Origin: a virus | DNA: 64,000 nt | Reading direction: 5' to 3' (one strand) | Virus record (IMG/VR): IMGVR_UViG_3300044510_000078 | Part shown: positions 34,115-44,207 of the stretch, piece by piece | How positions within the stretch are numbered: the first letter of the stretch is position 1 | How the letters are laid out: every line of letters starts with the position of its first letter | Notes under the pieces: generated by a model | What the model was told of the DNA's origin: nothing | Databases searched by the model: none | What the model saw: the letters and a program-made list of their open reading frames with translations, nothing else | Position numbers and translations under genes: made by a program

Positions 34115-36238
34115 TTATTGGACGAATGACAGGTCGCATTTATTCCCGGCACAACTAGATTCTTCTAATAAATGAGTTTCGTCGTCAGATTCTTCCAGCT
34201 TAGAGTAATCTACGGTGTGAAAATCTTTCACCAGCTTTTCAAAAAGGACTATTTCTTCTGGAGACGAGACAGTTTCGTTTGGTGCTTGCTTGTATTTTTT
34301 TTCTCCGTCATCGGGGAGAAATGACACCGCAGCAAACATATTATTGTTATTAAATATAAAATTTATTACGTCCACCCATTCAGAATCTTTTACGATAACC
34401 GTGCAGGACACGTTATGGGTTATGTCTTTTTTATTTGTTGATGTTGTGCCGGGAAGCACCCAGTTTTCTTGCGTAGATTTTATAATTTCAAGGTGTTGAA
34501 TTGCAGTCAGGTCTTTTTTAACTAAACATCCTTTCGGGTTTTGAACTGGAAAGGTGATAACGTCTGTAGCTTTATTTTGACACCAAACGCTTTCTTCACA
34601 AACGTCTGGATTATACATTTTGAAGAATTTATAAACGTTTTCGTCTTTATTTGCTTGAATTCTTAGCAATTGCTTCTCAGAATGGACTGGGTGTATTCCA
34701 GACGCCAAGCTTCCAAGAGCCTTTGTTCCTGTTCCCTCTGGTTTAACGCAAGTAACGCGGGCGGCAGGATTTATTCCTAGAATTTTCGCCCAACGTATGT
34801 TGGTGTTTACAGCTAATTCTGCCATTTCTTTTTGAATTTGGGGATTTAATAAAAGTTCCCTGTTGGCCATGATTCCCGTCATTGACACTCCAAGGAGCGA
34901 TTCTTCTTCTGTAAGTTCTTTCGACGCCTTTGTTAGATATGGAAAATTAGTATATGACGCCTGTAACGTTCCAATAATAACCTGAGCTGTAATTGCTTCC
35001 TTCAGCAGTTCTAGGCTTTTGATTTTTTGCCCGTTGAGAGTGGTTAGATTACAAAACTGAACTCCGCACCGGCCATCTTTAGTAATTGGAATAAATCCTA
35101 TTTCTCCACATGGATTAAAGAGCGCATATTCGTCATTAGCCCAAATAAAGCCGGGTTCTCCAAACATTTTGGTTCTTTCAATAATCTCCGCAAATTGTTC
35201 TTTTGTCGTTTTTCCCCTAAGTAATAAAACAGAGTTATTGCTTCTTGCCCTTTGTGGTTCGAGTTTTGTCCAATCTACTTGATTGTTTTTCTTTAAGCTT
35301 TCTACTTCCCAATCGCTAATAGTTATATAATGTCTTTGGCCTTTGTAATTGACCCATATTTCATTTTTATTTTCTTCTGTTTTGTGTGGAACGCCATGTT
35401 TTTCAATCCGTAGCATGGTTTTTGAATTAATCATTTCCTCGTCGTCCTGTTGAAAGATTGCTATGGTCGCAGACCTTCTCACTCCGCCAGACAATACTGC
35501 GTCTGCCGCGTGCATTAAAATGTCATATATGTCAATGTGTTTTAATCTGGTTTGTCCATTATTTTCAATTATATAATCAAGAAGGTTTTTAATTTTCACA
35601 TGAGCATTTTTAAGCCCCTTGTAACCGGGAGCTTTTCCACCTCCAGTTTTTAGCTTGGTCCCCTTTTTTCTGATTTTAGAATAATCAAAAACAATTTTTC
35701 TTCCAGTTAGAGCTGTGTTTTTACAATAACAATTTAAAAGAGCTTCTAAAGAATCTGCCCAGCCTTCTATGGTGTCCTCAATAACATATGTAATCACGGT
35801 GCCAGTTTTATCTTGGGCTCCAACTAAGTCTGGAATTCTGGCGCTTAAATTCTTATGAAGACCAATGCCTACACCGCAGCCGCATAATAATAAAAAGAAA
35901 ACTTCAGAAAAGGCCCGAATAGAATCAACGTGTCTAACAGAACAATTGTAGATTCTTTCGTTCTTAGCTTCAATTGCCTTTCCTCCAAATTGCATAGAAC
36001 GCATTGACGGGCAAACTATTTTTTCTCTTACGAGGTCAAAGGAAGCATGAATTTGTTTTTTTTCTTCTTCTGGCAGGTGACTGAAGCGCTTCAAATGCAT
36101 TAGCTCGACACGCTTCACGGCCTCTTCCCAAGTCTCTCTTCGTTTTAGTTTTTCGTTGTATCTTGCGTATTTGCTGGTAAATACGTAATTTGAAATTTCC
36201 GAAAAAATATCCACATCCTTCGTTGCGCTTTTGTCCAT
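34115..36238 (-). CDS. nrdJ: class II (adenosylcobalamin-dependent, RTPR-type) ribonucleotide reductase
   Basis: PSMRSMQFGG, YNCS, GGVRRSA, GEPG, NPCGEI, QFCNL, TCVKPEGT, C-terminal CAGNKC. Confidence 0.92.
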   Translation of the reverse strand: MDKSATKDVDIFSEISNYVFTSKYARYNEKLKRRETWEEAVKRVELMHLKRFSHLPEEEKKQIHASFDLVREKIVCPSMRSMQFGGKAIEAKNERIYNCSVRHVDSIRAFSEVFFLLLCGCGVGIGLHKNLSARIPDLVGAQDKTGTVITYVIEDTIEGWADSLEALLNCYCKNTALTGRKIVFDYSKIRKKGTKLKTGGGKAPGYKGLKNAHVKIKNLLDYIIENNGQTRLKHIDIYDILMHAADAVLSGGVRRSATIAIFQQDDEEMINSKTMLRIEKHGVPHKTEENKNEIWVNYKGQRHYITISDWEVESLKKNNQVDWTKLEPQRARSNNSVLLLRGKTTKEQFAEIIERTKMFGEPGFIWANDEYALFNPCGEIGFIPITKDGRCGVQFCNLTTLNGQKIKSLELLKEAITAQVIIGTLQASYTNFPYLTKASKELTEEESLLGVSMTGIMANRELLLNPQIQKEMAELAVNTNIRWAKILGINPAARVTCVKPEGTGTKALGSLASGIHPVHSEKQLLRIQANKDENVYKFFKMYNPDVCEESVWCQNKATDVITFPVQNPKGCLVKKDLTAIQHLEIIKSTQENWVLPGTTSTNKKDITHNVSCTVIVKDSEWVDVINFIFNNNNMFAAVSFLPDDGEKKYKQAPNETVSSPEEIVLFEKLVKDFHTVDYSKLEESDDETHLLEESSCAGNKCDLSFVQ

Positions 36239-36335
36239 AACATCTGTAGTATTGTATATTACAGTGGCTTTGCTGCAAAGGAAAGTTAAAACCTAAAAAA
36301 TATTTTTTTTGCTAAAATTGAAAATTACAAGTGTA

Positions 36336-36821
36336 TTAAGCCCTCAAAAAAACCTCATCAAATTTACAAAAATCTACGCTCTTAACTCTGAGGGTTTCTT
36401 TTATTTTGGGAATAATGTCGGTATTTTGATTTTGGATAAAAAAAGCCTTGTAATATTCATTCGCAAGCTCTTTTCTTTTATCTTGGCGACAATTACATCC
36501 CATATAAATAGCGTCTCTAGCCTTGACGAGCGAATCAAGAGCCTCTTTTTGGGGGGGTAAAAACGCTTCTTTCTCTGAAAAATACCAAGAACAAAAATGC
36601 TCTAAGTCTTTAAATATAAACGCGCCTTCATCTTCTTTTTGTTTTTCTTCTAGCCCGTAGTGAAGGTCGAGCGTCCTTTTAATTACTTCTGGAGGGACCG
36701 GCTTTGCTTCTGCGTCTTCTTTATCTTGCGAGCCTTCTGTTATCTGGGCTGTTGCCGAAAAATTCGACGAGGTCCAAAAGTTTTTTTGTTTTTCAATTCT
36801 ATTTTTTATTATTTGGTTCAT
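36336..36821 (-). CDS. hypothetical protein
   Basis: 161-aa ORF. Confidence 0.65.
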   Translation of the reverse strand: MNQIIKNRIEKQKNFWTSSNFSATAQITEGSQDKEDAEAKPVPPEVIKRTLDLHYGLEEKQKEDEGAFIFKDLEHFCSWYFSEKEAFLPPQKEALDSLVKARDAIYMGCNCRQDKRKELANEYYKAFFIQNQNTDIIPKIKETLRVKSVDFCKFDEVFLRA

Positions 36822-37167
36822 TTGCCAATCTTATTAAAATAAAATACAAAACCCAAGAAATGAAAATACTGACCCCAAAACCTAAATCTATCTTTCCACC
36901 AAAAACAAGTTTCCCAAAAAAATTAAAACAAAATCCTAGCCACGTTCCTAAACAAATAGGGCAGGTTAAGAGATTGGTGAAAAAATTAGCATAACGAGTA
37001 TGGAGATAGTCTAAAAAGAAAAATTTATTACTTTCATTAAATTTTTTGAAATCTTTTATGATTTGAAATTTAAAAAGAAAATCTAAATATTCAAACACCG
37101 CATTGGTATTTAAAATAATATAAACCACCACAGCGGACAAAACTCCAGCTTGAATATCTGTTATCAT
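36799..37167 (-). CDS. membrane protein with CxxC
   Basis: Hydrophobic; LLTCPICLGTW. Confidence 0.7.
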   Translation of the reverse strand: MITDIQAGVLSAVVVYIILNTNAVFEYLDFLFKFQIIKDFKKFNESNKFFFLDYLHTRYANFFTNLLTCPICLGTWLGFCFNFFGKLVFGGKIDLGFGVSIFISWVLYFILIRLANEPNNKK

Positions 37168-37179
37168 GGTTATATTAAT

Positions 37180-37287
37180 TTAATATCCTTTAATTTTCCA
37201 CCAAATATTTCTTTCTCCGCTAAATAGCTGACGGACAAAGATAAAGGAAAAAATTCCCACCAAAATGAATAAAAGAATAACTCCCAT
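37180..37287 (-). CDS. 35-aa membrane peptide
   Basis: Manual translation MGVILLFILVGIFSFIFVRQ...; promoter upstream. Confidence 0.45.
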   Translation of the reverse strand: MGVILLFILVGIFSFIFVRQLFSGERNIWWKIKGY

Positions 37288-37298
37288 AATAGTCCACT

Positions 37299-37327
37299 AT
37301 TTTAGCACAGCGGTCTTCATCAGTCAA
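37299..37327 (-). promoter_or_regulatory. sigma70-type promoter (leftward of divergent pair)
   Basis: TTGACT-17-TAAAAT. Confidence 0.65.
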
Positions 37328-37337
37328 GAAATTTGAT

Positions 37338-37366
37338 TTGACAAACGCATGAAGTTTTGCTACTAT
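37338..37366 (+). promoter_or_regulatory. sigma70-type promoter (rightward of divergent pair)
   Basis: TTGACA-17-TACTAT. Confidence 0.7.
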
Positions 37367-37779
37367 GATAGAAATGGTATCCAATCCATTTTTGACTGCC
37401 GGGAAAAAACGGCAAGTTTTCTTGAGCTATTCCATCGAGGACGTGCTGGTGCCATCAGACATAGCGAAAAGTTGGCTTTCTGTAAATAAAACAGAAATAA
37501 CAAAAAGGTGTGAATAAAAATCACAAGTTACCCGCTGCGATGCTTTAAAAGGCATGGATAAAGATTCGTAATGAAGTTCTAGCGCCCTTCTTCGACCACT
37601 GGCAACAATGGTAGAGTCTTCCTGAAAAGGTGTATATCGTCGTGTTTTGGCTGTGACACATAAAATCTTTCAGCCCTCAAGAAATTTTGCATATACTTTT
37701 TTATCCTCTTAGAGAGATTTTGTAAATCTTTCTAGGGGATATGCGTCTCATATTTGGCTAAGAAATTTCACATATTCAC

Positions 37780-38409
37780 ATGATGACTGATTCAAAAAAC
37801 ACACACTGCTCGCTCCTCGGTTTAACGGGTTTAGCTGGGGCTGGTAAAGACCTTTTGTTTAGCGAGATAGCGAAATTCACCACCGCTAAACGACTTGCGT
37901 TGGCCGACAATCTTAAAATGGAAATGCAAGAATATCTCTTGAAGTGTTTTGGGATAGATATTTTACACGCGACAAGAGAGCAGAAGGAGTCTGTGAGGGA
38001 TTTACTTGTTGCTCATGGGAAAGTCCGCCGCAAAATTTCAAAAGGGAGGTATTGGACTAGCTTGATTACTAAAGAGACAATAAAATACCGCAAAGAATGC
38101 TTAACAGTTATAACAGATATACGATACGCAAAATATCCCGAAGACGAACACTTCTGGCTTAAAAAAATGGGAGGAAAGCTCATTCATCTTAAAAAATTCA
38201 TCATAAATGAAAACGAAGACCTTATCCCATTAAAATACCCAAATATAGATGAAGCTGAAAACGACCCAATTTTACTCTCTTTATCTGATTACCAGATTGA
38301 ATGGCCAGATATGCAGACCTGTCCAATTCAATATAAAACAAAATATGAAGAAAAATACCAAAAAGAACTTGAAAAATTCTTCTACTGGCTCAAATTCGGC
38401 TCAAAATGA
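37780..38409 (+). CDS. deoxynucleoside monophosphate kinase-like P-loop protein
   Basis: GLTGLAGAGKD, LALADNLK, VITDIRY. Confidence 0.75.
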   Translation: MMTDSKNTHCSLLGLTGLAGAGKDLLFSEIAKFTTAKRLALADNLKMEMQEYLLKCFGIDILHATREQKESVRDLLVAHGKVRRKISKGRYWTSLITKETIKYRKECLTVITDIRYAKYPEDEHFWLKKMGGKLIHLKKFIINENEDLIPLKYPNIDEAENDPILLSLSDYQIEWPDMQTCPIQYKTKYEEKYQKELEKFFYWLKFGSK

Positions 38410-38983
38410 ATCAGACTTAAAACTTGTTCTTGCCGTTAAGAACGACCAGTGCGAAAAGAGTTTTTTAGAGTTATCTGAAAAATATTCAAACGTCTTTTAT
38501 AAGATATGCCAAAAATATACCCCCGCCCTAGTAGTGTCTGGCGTATGTCCAGACGATATTTACAAGGAAAAAACATTTATTCTTTATAAATGCGCTCTCT
38601 CTTTTGACCCGTCAAGAAATACAAAATTTTCCACTTGGCTAGGGAACTATGCAAGATATATATGCTTGCACGCAATTAATGCAAAAAAATTTATTCTACC
38701 CTCTACAGATGAAGAAATTTCTCAATTTATTGAAGATAAACAGCAACAAATTAATTACAATTTTTCAAAGAGGGAGGAAGACTACGAGCTTGTGACCTCT
38801 TTGTTATCAAAAATAAACGACGAACGCTTTAGAAAAGTATTAACGCTCAGATACTTAGCTGACACAAAGAAAACTTGGAAACAAATTGCAGAAGATATGG
38901 ATGTTTCAGTCCAAACAGTTATAACAATTCACAACAGAGCTTTACAGTTTTTAAAAAACAAAATAATAAAACTTGAAAAATAA
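38345..38983 (+). CDS. sigma70-family RNA polymerase sigma factor (second phage sigma; start uncertain)
   Basis: Region 2 FDPSRNTKFSTWLGNYARY; region 4 TWKQIAEDM.VS.QTV..IHNRAL. Confidence 0.8.
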   Translation: MKKNTKKNLKNSSTGSNSAQNESDLKLVLAVKNDQCEKSFLELSEKYSNVFYKICQKYTPALVVSGVCPDDIYKEKTFILYKCALSFDPSRNTKFSTWLGNYARYICLHAINAKKFILPSTDEEISQFIEDKQQQINYNFSKREEDYELVTSLLSKINDERFRKVLTLRYLADTKKTWKQIAEDMDVSVQTVITIHNRALQFLKNKIIKLEK

Positions 38984-40076
38984 TATGCCAAAATATTTAC
39001 TAAATTTACCAGTAAACGGGGTGTCGTTCGGACAAACATCTATATTGTTACTAAGAACAATTTTCGACAATAAATATGAACAACCAGAGGGACTGTTTCC
39101 TATTGGTAATATTGACCTTTCTACAACAAACTGTCCCCATGATTTTAAACAGTGGATAGATAATTTAATAAAAAAAGCATTTACCAATCACAACAGAGAC
39201 ATTCCGTGTTTTAAATTATGGCACCTTAATCCAGACTCTCTACAATCCGTAAGCGACAGAACCTTACTCATGTCATTTTATGAACTAGACGCTCCCACCC
39301 CATTAGAATTAAATGTAGCGAAAAATAACGAAACCATCTTTACGTCAGAATATACATCTAAAATTTTCCAAAATCATAATATAGAGAGCCAATATATGCC
39401 ACTTGGCTTTGATTCATACCACTTTAGCAGACTAAATAAAAAATACTTTGATGATGGCCGAATCGTTTTTAACGTAGTTGGTAAGTTCGAGAAACGTAAA
39501 CATCACGCAAAAGTTATTTCTGCATGGATAAAAAAATATGGGGGTAATCCAAAATATTTTCTACAATGTGCTGTTTTTAATCCGTTTTTTGAAAACGCAG
39601 ACAAACAATATAAACATATCGTCAACCAACTAACGAGGGGGCAACGCATTTTTAACGTCAACTTCCTCGGACACATGGTTCAAAATTCATTGTATAACGA
39701 CTTTCTAAACTCTGCCGATATTGTTATAGGCATGAGTGGAGGAGAAGGATGGGGTCTTCCAGAGTTTCAGTCCGTAGCAATCGGCAAACATTCGGTTATT
39801 ATGGACGCTCATGGATACAAAGGTTGGGCGACCAAAGAAAATTCAGTTTTAGTTTCTCCGTGCGGGAAAATAGACGCAACTGACGGATTTTTCTTCCAGA
39901 AAGGGGCTATGTCCAACCAAGGGAACATCTTTGACTTTAACGAAGAAGAGTTTCTCTCCGCCTGCGACAAAGCTATTGAGAGGGTAAACTTATCAAGAGT
40001 TAACACAGAGGGATTAAAACTCCAAGAAAAGTTCTCAAAAGAAAAATTCGTAGAAAATATTTTATTAAAGATATGA
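38973..40076 (+). CDS. GT-B glycosyltransferase (GT4-like)
   Basis: VVGKFEKRKH, MSGGEGWGLPEFQS. Confidence 0.85.
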   Translation: MKNNMPKYLLNLPVNGVSFGQTSILLLRTIFDNKYEQPEGLFPIGNIDLSTTNCPHDFKQWIDNLIKKAFTNHNRDIPCFKLWHLNPDSLQSVSDRTLLMSFYELDAPTPLELNVAKNNETIFTSEYTSKIFQNHNIESQYMPLGFDSYHFSRLNKKYFDDGRIVFNVVGKFEKRKHHAKVISAWIKKYGGNPKYFLQCAVFNPFFENADKQYKHIVNQLTRGQRIFNVNFLGHMVQNSLYNDFLNSADIVIGMSGGEGWGLPEFQSVAIGKHSVIMDAHGYKGWATKENSVLVSPCGKIDATDGFFFQKGAMSNQGNIFDFNEEEFLSACDKAIERVNLSRVNTEGLKLQEKFSKEKFVENILLKI

Positions 40077-40741
40077 ATACACCTCCCCAAATTAACCTAA
40101 GAACCTTCACAAACGACCAGTGGGTTTTAGATAAAGTTCTTTATGGAAATTTTTACAAAATTAAGGGACTACCTAACGACAAAGCTGTTATGGATATAGG
40201 GGCTCATATTGGGTATTTTTCAATCCTTTCTGTGCTTAAAGGGGCGGGAAAAGTTTACGCATATGAACCATTTGTAGAAAATTACGAACTACTAATTAAC
40301 AACATCAAAGATTATAAAAAACAAATAATCCCATATTCTATAGGAGTCTATCCCACAGAATCTAATATTAAAATAAACTATCCAGTGTTTAACAAAGAAA
40401 ATTACTACGACTTTAACAATCTTCCAATAGAGCAATCCCAAGATTTTTATAGGACGCTATGCCTTCCCCTCGATAAAATATTACAACAATACGACGACTC
40501 TTTTTCTTTACTTAAAATAAGTTTAGGATATGCGGAAAATGAGATTATAAGAACCTGTGAAAATATTAACAAATTTGAGAATATCTGCTGCGAAACTCAA
40601 TGCGAACCGCAAGAAGTTCAAAAAACTCTTGAATATCTTGGGTCTAAAGGTTTAAAAGACTCTTGGTTTACACAAACCGACGAAGAAACGTTCGTCTTTA
40701 TGGCGTCAAAAGATAAAAAAAACAGTGTTTTTGAACTATAA
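40073..40741 (+). CDS. FkbM family methyltransferase
   Basis: MDIGAHIGYFS, YAYEPF..NYELL. Confidence 0.85.
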   Translation: MNTPPQINLRTFTNDQWVLDKVLYGNFYKIKGLPNDKAVMDIGAHIGYFSILSVLKGAGKVYAYEPFVENYELLINNIKDYKKQIIPYSIGVYPTESNIKINYPVFNKENYYDFNNLPIEQSQDFYRTLCLPLDKILQQYDDSFSLLKISLGYAENEIIRTCENINKFENICCETQCEPQEVQKTLEYLGSKGLKDSWFTQTDEETFVFMASKDKKNSVFEL

Positions 40742-40746
40742 TAAAA

Positions 40747-41094
40747 ATGCCACAATATATATACTCCCACCCAGAAACGAGCGAAACAATAGAAGTCTTT
40801 CAATCTATGAAAGACGTGCATGAATATATAGACGGCAAAGGAACTAAATGGAACCGAGTGTTTTTAGCTCCAACTGCATCAATAGACACAAAAATAGACT
40901 GTGATTCTTTTTCTGACTTCTCTAGGAAAACAGAAAACAAAAATATGAAACTCGGAGATATGTGGGATTTATCTGGAGAACTAAGTGACAAAAGAATTAA
41001 AAGAAAAGGTCACGACCCAATCAAAGAAAATGCAATAAAAAACTATAGCAAAAAATGCAAAGGAAAACCACACCCACAAGCGTATGAAAACTAA
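40747..41094 (+). CDS. FmdB-like small protein
   Basis: MPQYIY...EVFQSM N-terminus. Confidence 0.6.
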   Translation: MPQYIYSHPETSETIEVFQSMKDVHEYIDGKGTKWNRVFLAPTASIDTKIDCDSFSDFSRKTENKNMKLGDMWDLSGELSDKRIKRKGHDPIKENAIKNYSKKCKGKPHPQAYEN

Positions 41095-41923
41095 ACTTCA
41101 CAATTGCGGCAGGCTTGAAGTAAGACAATCCTCAATAGAAGGATATGGAGTCTTTGCGACAGAAGAGATAAAACAAGGAGAAATTCTTGAGGAGATTCCT
41201 TTCATTTTATTCCCGCAATATACAGCTTTAGGTAAAAACTTCTACGAATACTTGGACGCAAGCAATTTACTTAAAGAAAACGTCAAAACGACTGAATTTC
41301 TAAGAAAAAATCTTAAATTCAAAGAGCCAGAAAAATACTACTTTAAATGGAGTCCGCCAGAACCAAATATTAATGGAGAGAACATTACATACTGCGTATT
41401 ACCTCTGGGGTTTGGTCCAATATATAATTCTTCAAACACAGAAAACAACGCTGGCTGGCAAATTGACGACAATCTTTTTACATTTATAGCAGAAAAAGAC
41501 ATACAAAAAGACGAAGAAGTTCGAACCTTTTATGGATATTTCTTAGGAGATGATGGGTCAATCTGGAATGCGGACCAAGTTTTTTTCTTTGGGATGGACA
41601 AAGACGGAGAAGGAAAAGTTAGACTTAAAAGCTTGAGATTCAACAGTCAAGAGGCAGTAGAAAAATCAAAAAAAGACACGGGTTTTTCTATGCTTCAATC
41701 AATACTTGCGGAAAATAACAAAGGAGTCGTCCTTAAAAAAATAAACGGAATAACAACTACCGGAGAGAAGAAGTTTTCGTTTGAATTTCCAGAATACTAC
41801 CCATTAAGGTTTTTTTACGCAAAGATAAACGAATTTAAAAGGTCAACGCTCCCAATGGTTGAATTCTCAATCGAAAACCCAAAAGAAAAAACAATTCAAT
41901 CAATTGTAATTAAAAATGGATAA
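41084..41923 (+). CDS. SET-domain protein
   Basis: EVRQSSIEGYGVFATEEIKQGEILE, IYNSSN..N, FIAEKDIQKDEEVRTFYG. Confidence 0.85.
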   Translation: MKTKLHNCGRLEVRQSSIEGYGVFATEEIKQGEILEEIPFILFPQYTALGKNFYEYLDASNLLKENVKTTEFLRKNLKFKEPEKYYFKWSPPEPNINGENITYCVLPLGFGPIYNSSNTENNAGWQIDDNLFTFIAEKDIQKDEEVRTFYGYFLGDDGSIWNADQVFFFGMDKDGEGKVRLKSLRFNSQEAVEKSKKDTGFSMLQSILAENNKGVVLKKINGITTTGEKKFSFEFPEYYPLRFFYAKINEFKRSTLPMVEFSIENPKEKTIQSIVIKNG

Positions 41924-42860
41924 TTTTAAGAATATTTCTGTTAGACTTGAAGGTGGCATGGGGGATTGTTTACTAGGAAACAGATTTATCCCAGCGATAA
42001 AAGAAGCGTATCCAAACTCTGAAATTACAGCATTTATAGATTCAGAGGGAAAAACATTTCAAAAAGAAATTTTGGACTGCTGTTATCCATCATTCTACAA
42101 AGAAATAAAGATAATTCCAAACAAAAAATATAAAGATTTTTGGGTAGATTGTCAATTCGGAACAGACAATTACTATGGGGCGTTAGAAAACGTTCCAGAC
42201 AAAATACTATCAGAGATGTTATCTTATGACAAGTTTTACGACTTACACATTGACTCTCTTAAATGGACTAAGAATAAAACTTGGATAAAATATCATAGAT
42301 TTTTTCCAAAGCCCCATGTGGAACCACTACAGACCCCAAACAGATATATTGTGCTCCACCTAGTTTCTTCAACGTCAGTTGGACACAGAATGGAAGAATG
42401 GTATATCGTAAGACTTATTAAGGAGCTTTTAGAGAGAGGGAACTTTAACATAAAAATAATATCAACCCCAGACACAAATCATTTTTACCAAAACTTAGAA
42501 TCTAAAAGGGTAGAAATCATAAACGCCAATATAAAAACCATTGTTTCGATTATAGGAGGTGCGGCGGGAATGATTTCTACTGATAGCGGATTCCGCTACC
42601 TTGCTTATGGATATAGTATCCCAACCCTCATATTCTCCAAACAAAGTGTCCAGCCATTTTCAGCAATTCCTAGTCACCAGATAAGATGGCTCATTTTTCC
42701 AGAAACGTGTTTTCCGCTACATTACGACGCAACAAGGGTTTCGGAGACATTGCTAAACTGTATAAAAAATCCGGCGCAAATTTTAGTTCCGTATGTTTCA
42801 GATTTTAATAGTCAGTGTGTTTATAGGAATTATATAATAAATACCGAAAGGACAAAATAA
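41916..42860 (+). CDS. GT9-like (heptosyltransferase-like) glycosyltransferase
   Basis: GGMGDCLL, YIVLH, MISTDSGFRYLA. Confidence 0.7.
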   Translation: MDNFKNISVRLEGGMGDCLLGNRFIPAIKEAYPNSEITAFIDSEGKTFQKEILDCCYPSFYKEIKIIPNKKYKDFWVDCQFGTDNYYGALENVPDKILSEMLSYDKFYDLHIDSLKWTKNKTWIKYHRFFPKPHVEPLQTPNRYIVLHLVSSTSVGHRMEEWYIVRLIKELLERGNFNIKIISTPDTNHFYQNLESKRVEIINANIKTIVSIIGGAAGMISTDSGFRYLAYGYSIPTLIFSKQSVQPFSAIPSHQIRWLIFPETCFPLHYDATRVSETLLNCIKNPAQILVPYVSDFNSQCVYRNYIINTERTK

Positions 42861-43447
42861 TGAAAAAAATCATTACAGCAAGCGAATATTTTTACCATCC
42901 ATACAACGGAACGGTAAACAACGAAAGATGTATCGAAATCCCACTCGCGGAACGATATATCAAAACTCTCGAAGACGATATTATTGAAATTGGAGCCGTT
43001 TCCCCATATTACAGAGAGAATAAACACAAAGTTTATGACCCATACGACACGCACCCGAAATCAACAAAACTACACGCAGAAGCTCTAAATATAAAAAGCA
43101 AGAATATTCTCTCCATATCAACGATAGAGCATTTTGGAAATACAAGAGGCTTTGGTTGTAATTTTATTACAGATGAAAAATTCGCCTCTCAAAACTTCCT
43201 TGAGAAACTTGTTGAAGAAGCGGCGTCGTTTTTTGTCAGTGTGCCAATACACGCACACCCAATATTTGACATTTACATCAAACAAAATCTTAAAAAATTT
43301 AATTGGTTTTCTTATGTAAAGCGGCAACAATTCCCTCCGATTTGGGAACTCTGTGAAAACGAAAGCTGTTTTAATCACAAATATGCCAGCCCGTTTGAGT
43401 GCGCCAATGCGGTAATTTTCTTAACAAAAGGGGTGGCGCTTGAATAA
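42860..43447 (+). CDS. methyltransferase-like protein
   Basis: IIEIGAV, ILSISTIEHFG. Confidence 0.55.
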   Translation: MKKIITASEYFYHPYNGTVNNERCIEIPLAERYIKTLEDDIIEIGAVSPYYRENKHKVYDPYDTHPKSTKLHAEALNIKSKNILSISTIEHFGNTRGFGCNFITDEKFASQNFLEKLVEEAASFFVSVPIHAHPIFDIYIKQNLKKFNWFSYVKRQQFPPIWELCENESCFNHKYASPFECANAVIFLTKGVALE

Positions 43448-44207
43448 CCTTATAGTAGGTTCAAGATGCGGAGGAATAGGTGATAATCTTGTTTTTACAC
43501 CAATATTCAAGGTATATAAGGACGCAACGATACAATTATTGGAACATCCCAAAAGCCATATAGTCGCACCCATTTTTGATAATATCTGTAATGTAAAATT
43601 TACAAACGAACCAACTAACTGTCCAGAATCATCGCACCCACACACCGCGCAAAAGAAAATAGAAGGAACCGGGATTTCTCATTTGGTGAATTGTATTCCA
43701 TTTATTATTCTAACAGAAAAAGAAATATCTTGGGCTCAAAATTTTTTATCAAACTATACAAACAACCTAGATAATCTACTAGCCGTTTCAGCAGATAATA
43801 ATGGAAGTAAAAACCCAAACGACCTGCACGCACATTACAGGCTACTTCCCAAAGAAAAAATACAGAAAGTTATTGATTTTTATTCCAAAAAATATACGGT
43901 ATTCCAGTTCGCAATGAGTGATAACTATACAAACCTACAGAACTGTATTCCAATCTTGGATTTAACAATAAGAGAAATGGCCGCGTGTTTCGCCATAATT
44001 AAAAGATACACAGGGATTGACACCGGACACTATCATTTGATGCTAGCAGCAGGAGGTGATGCGGTAGTTTTTGTCCCCAACCCATCCTATTTTTACAGCC
44101 ATAAAGAATGGCACTACACGCCCGAGCTTTGGAAAAATGAAATTCCCAGAGTAGAATATATAAACTTCAACAAACTACATGAGCATATTTCTACAATCCA
44201 GAATTAA
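43440..44207 (+). CDS. GT9-like glycosyltransferase
   Basis: GGIGDNLVFTP, YTGIDTGHYHLMLA. Confidence 0.7.
   Translation: MNNLIVGSRCGGIGDNLVFTPIFKVYKDATIQLLEHPKSHIVAPIFDNICNVKFTNEPTNCPESSHPHTAQKKIEGTGISHLVNCIPFIILTEKEISWAQNFLSNYTNNLDNLLAVSADNNGSKNPNDLHAHYRLLPKEKIQKVIDFYSKKYTVFQFAMSDNYTNLQNCIPILDLTIREMAACFAIIKRYTGIDTGHYHLMLAAGGDAVVFVPNPSYFYSHKEWHYTPELWKNEIPRVEYINFNKLHEHISTIQN

Noticed and set aside
38345-38409. Real 65-nt overlap between kinase and sigma genes
   Set aside because: An ATGA stop-start overlap at 38406 would be in frame with one extra A (MKSDLKLV), so the overlap may be another indel artefact; not claimed as biology.
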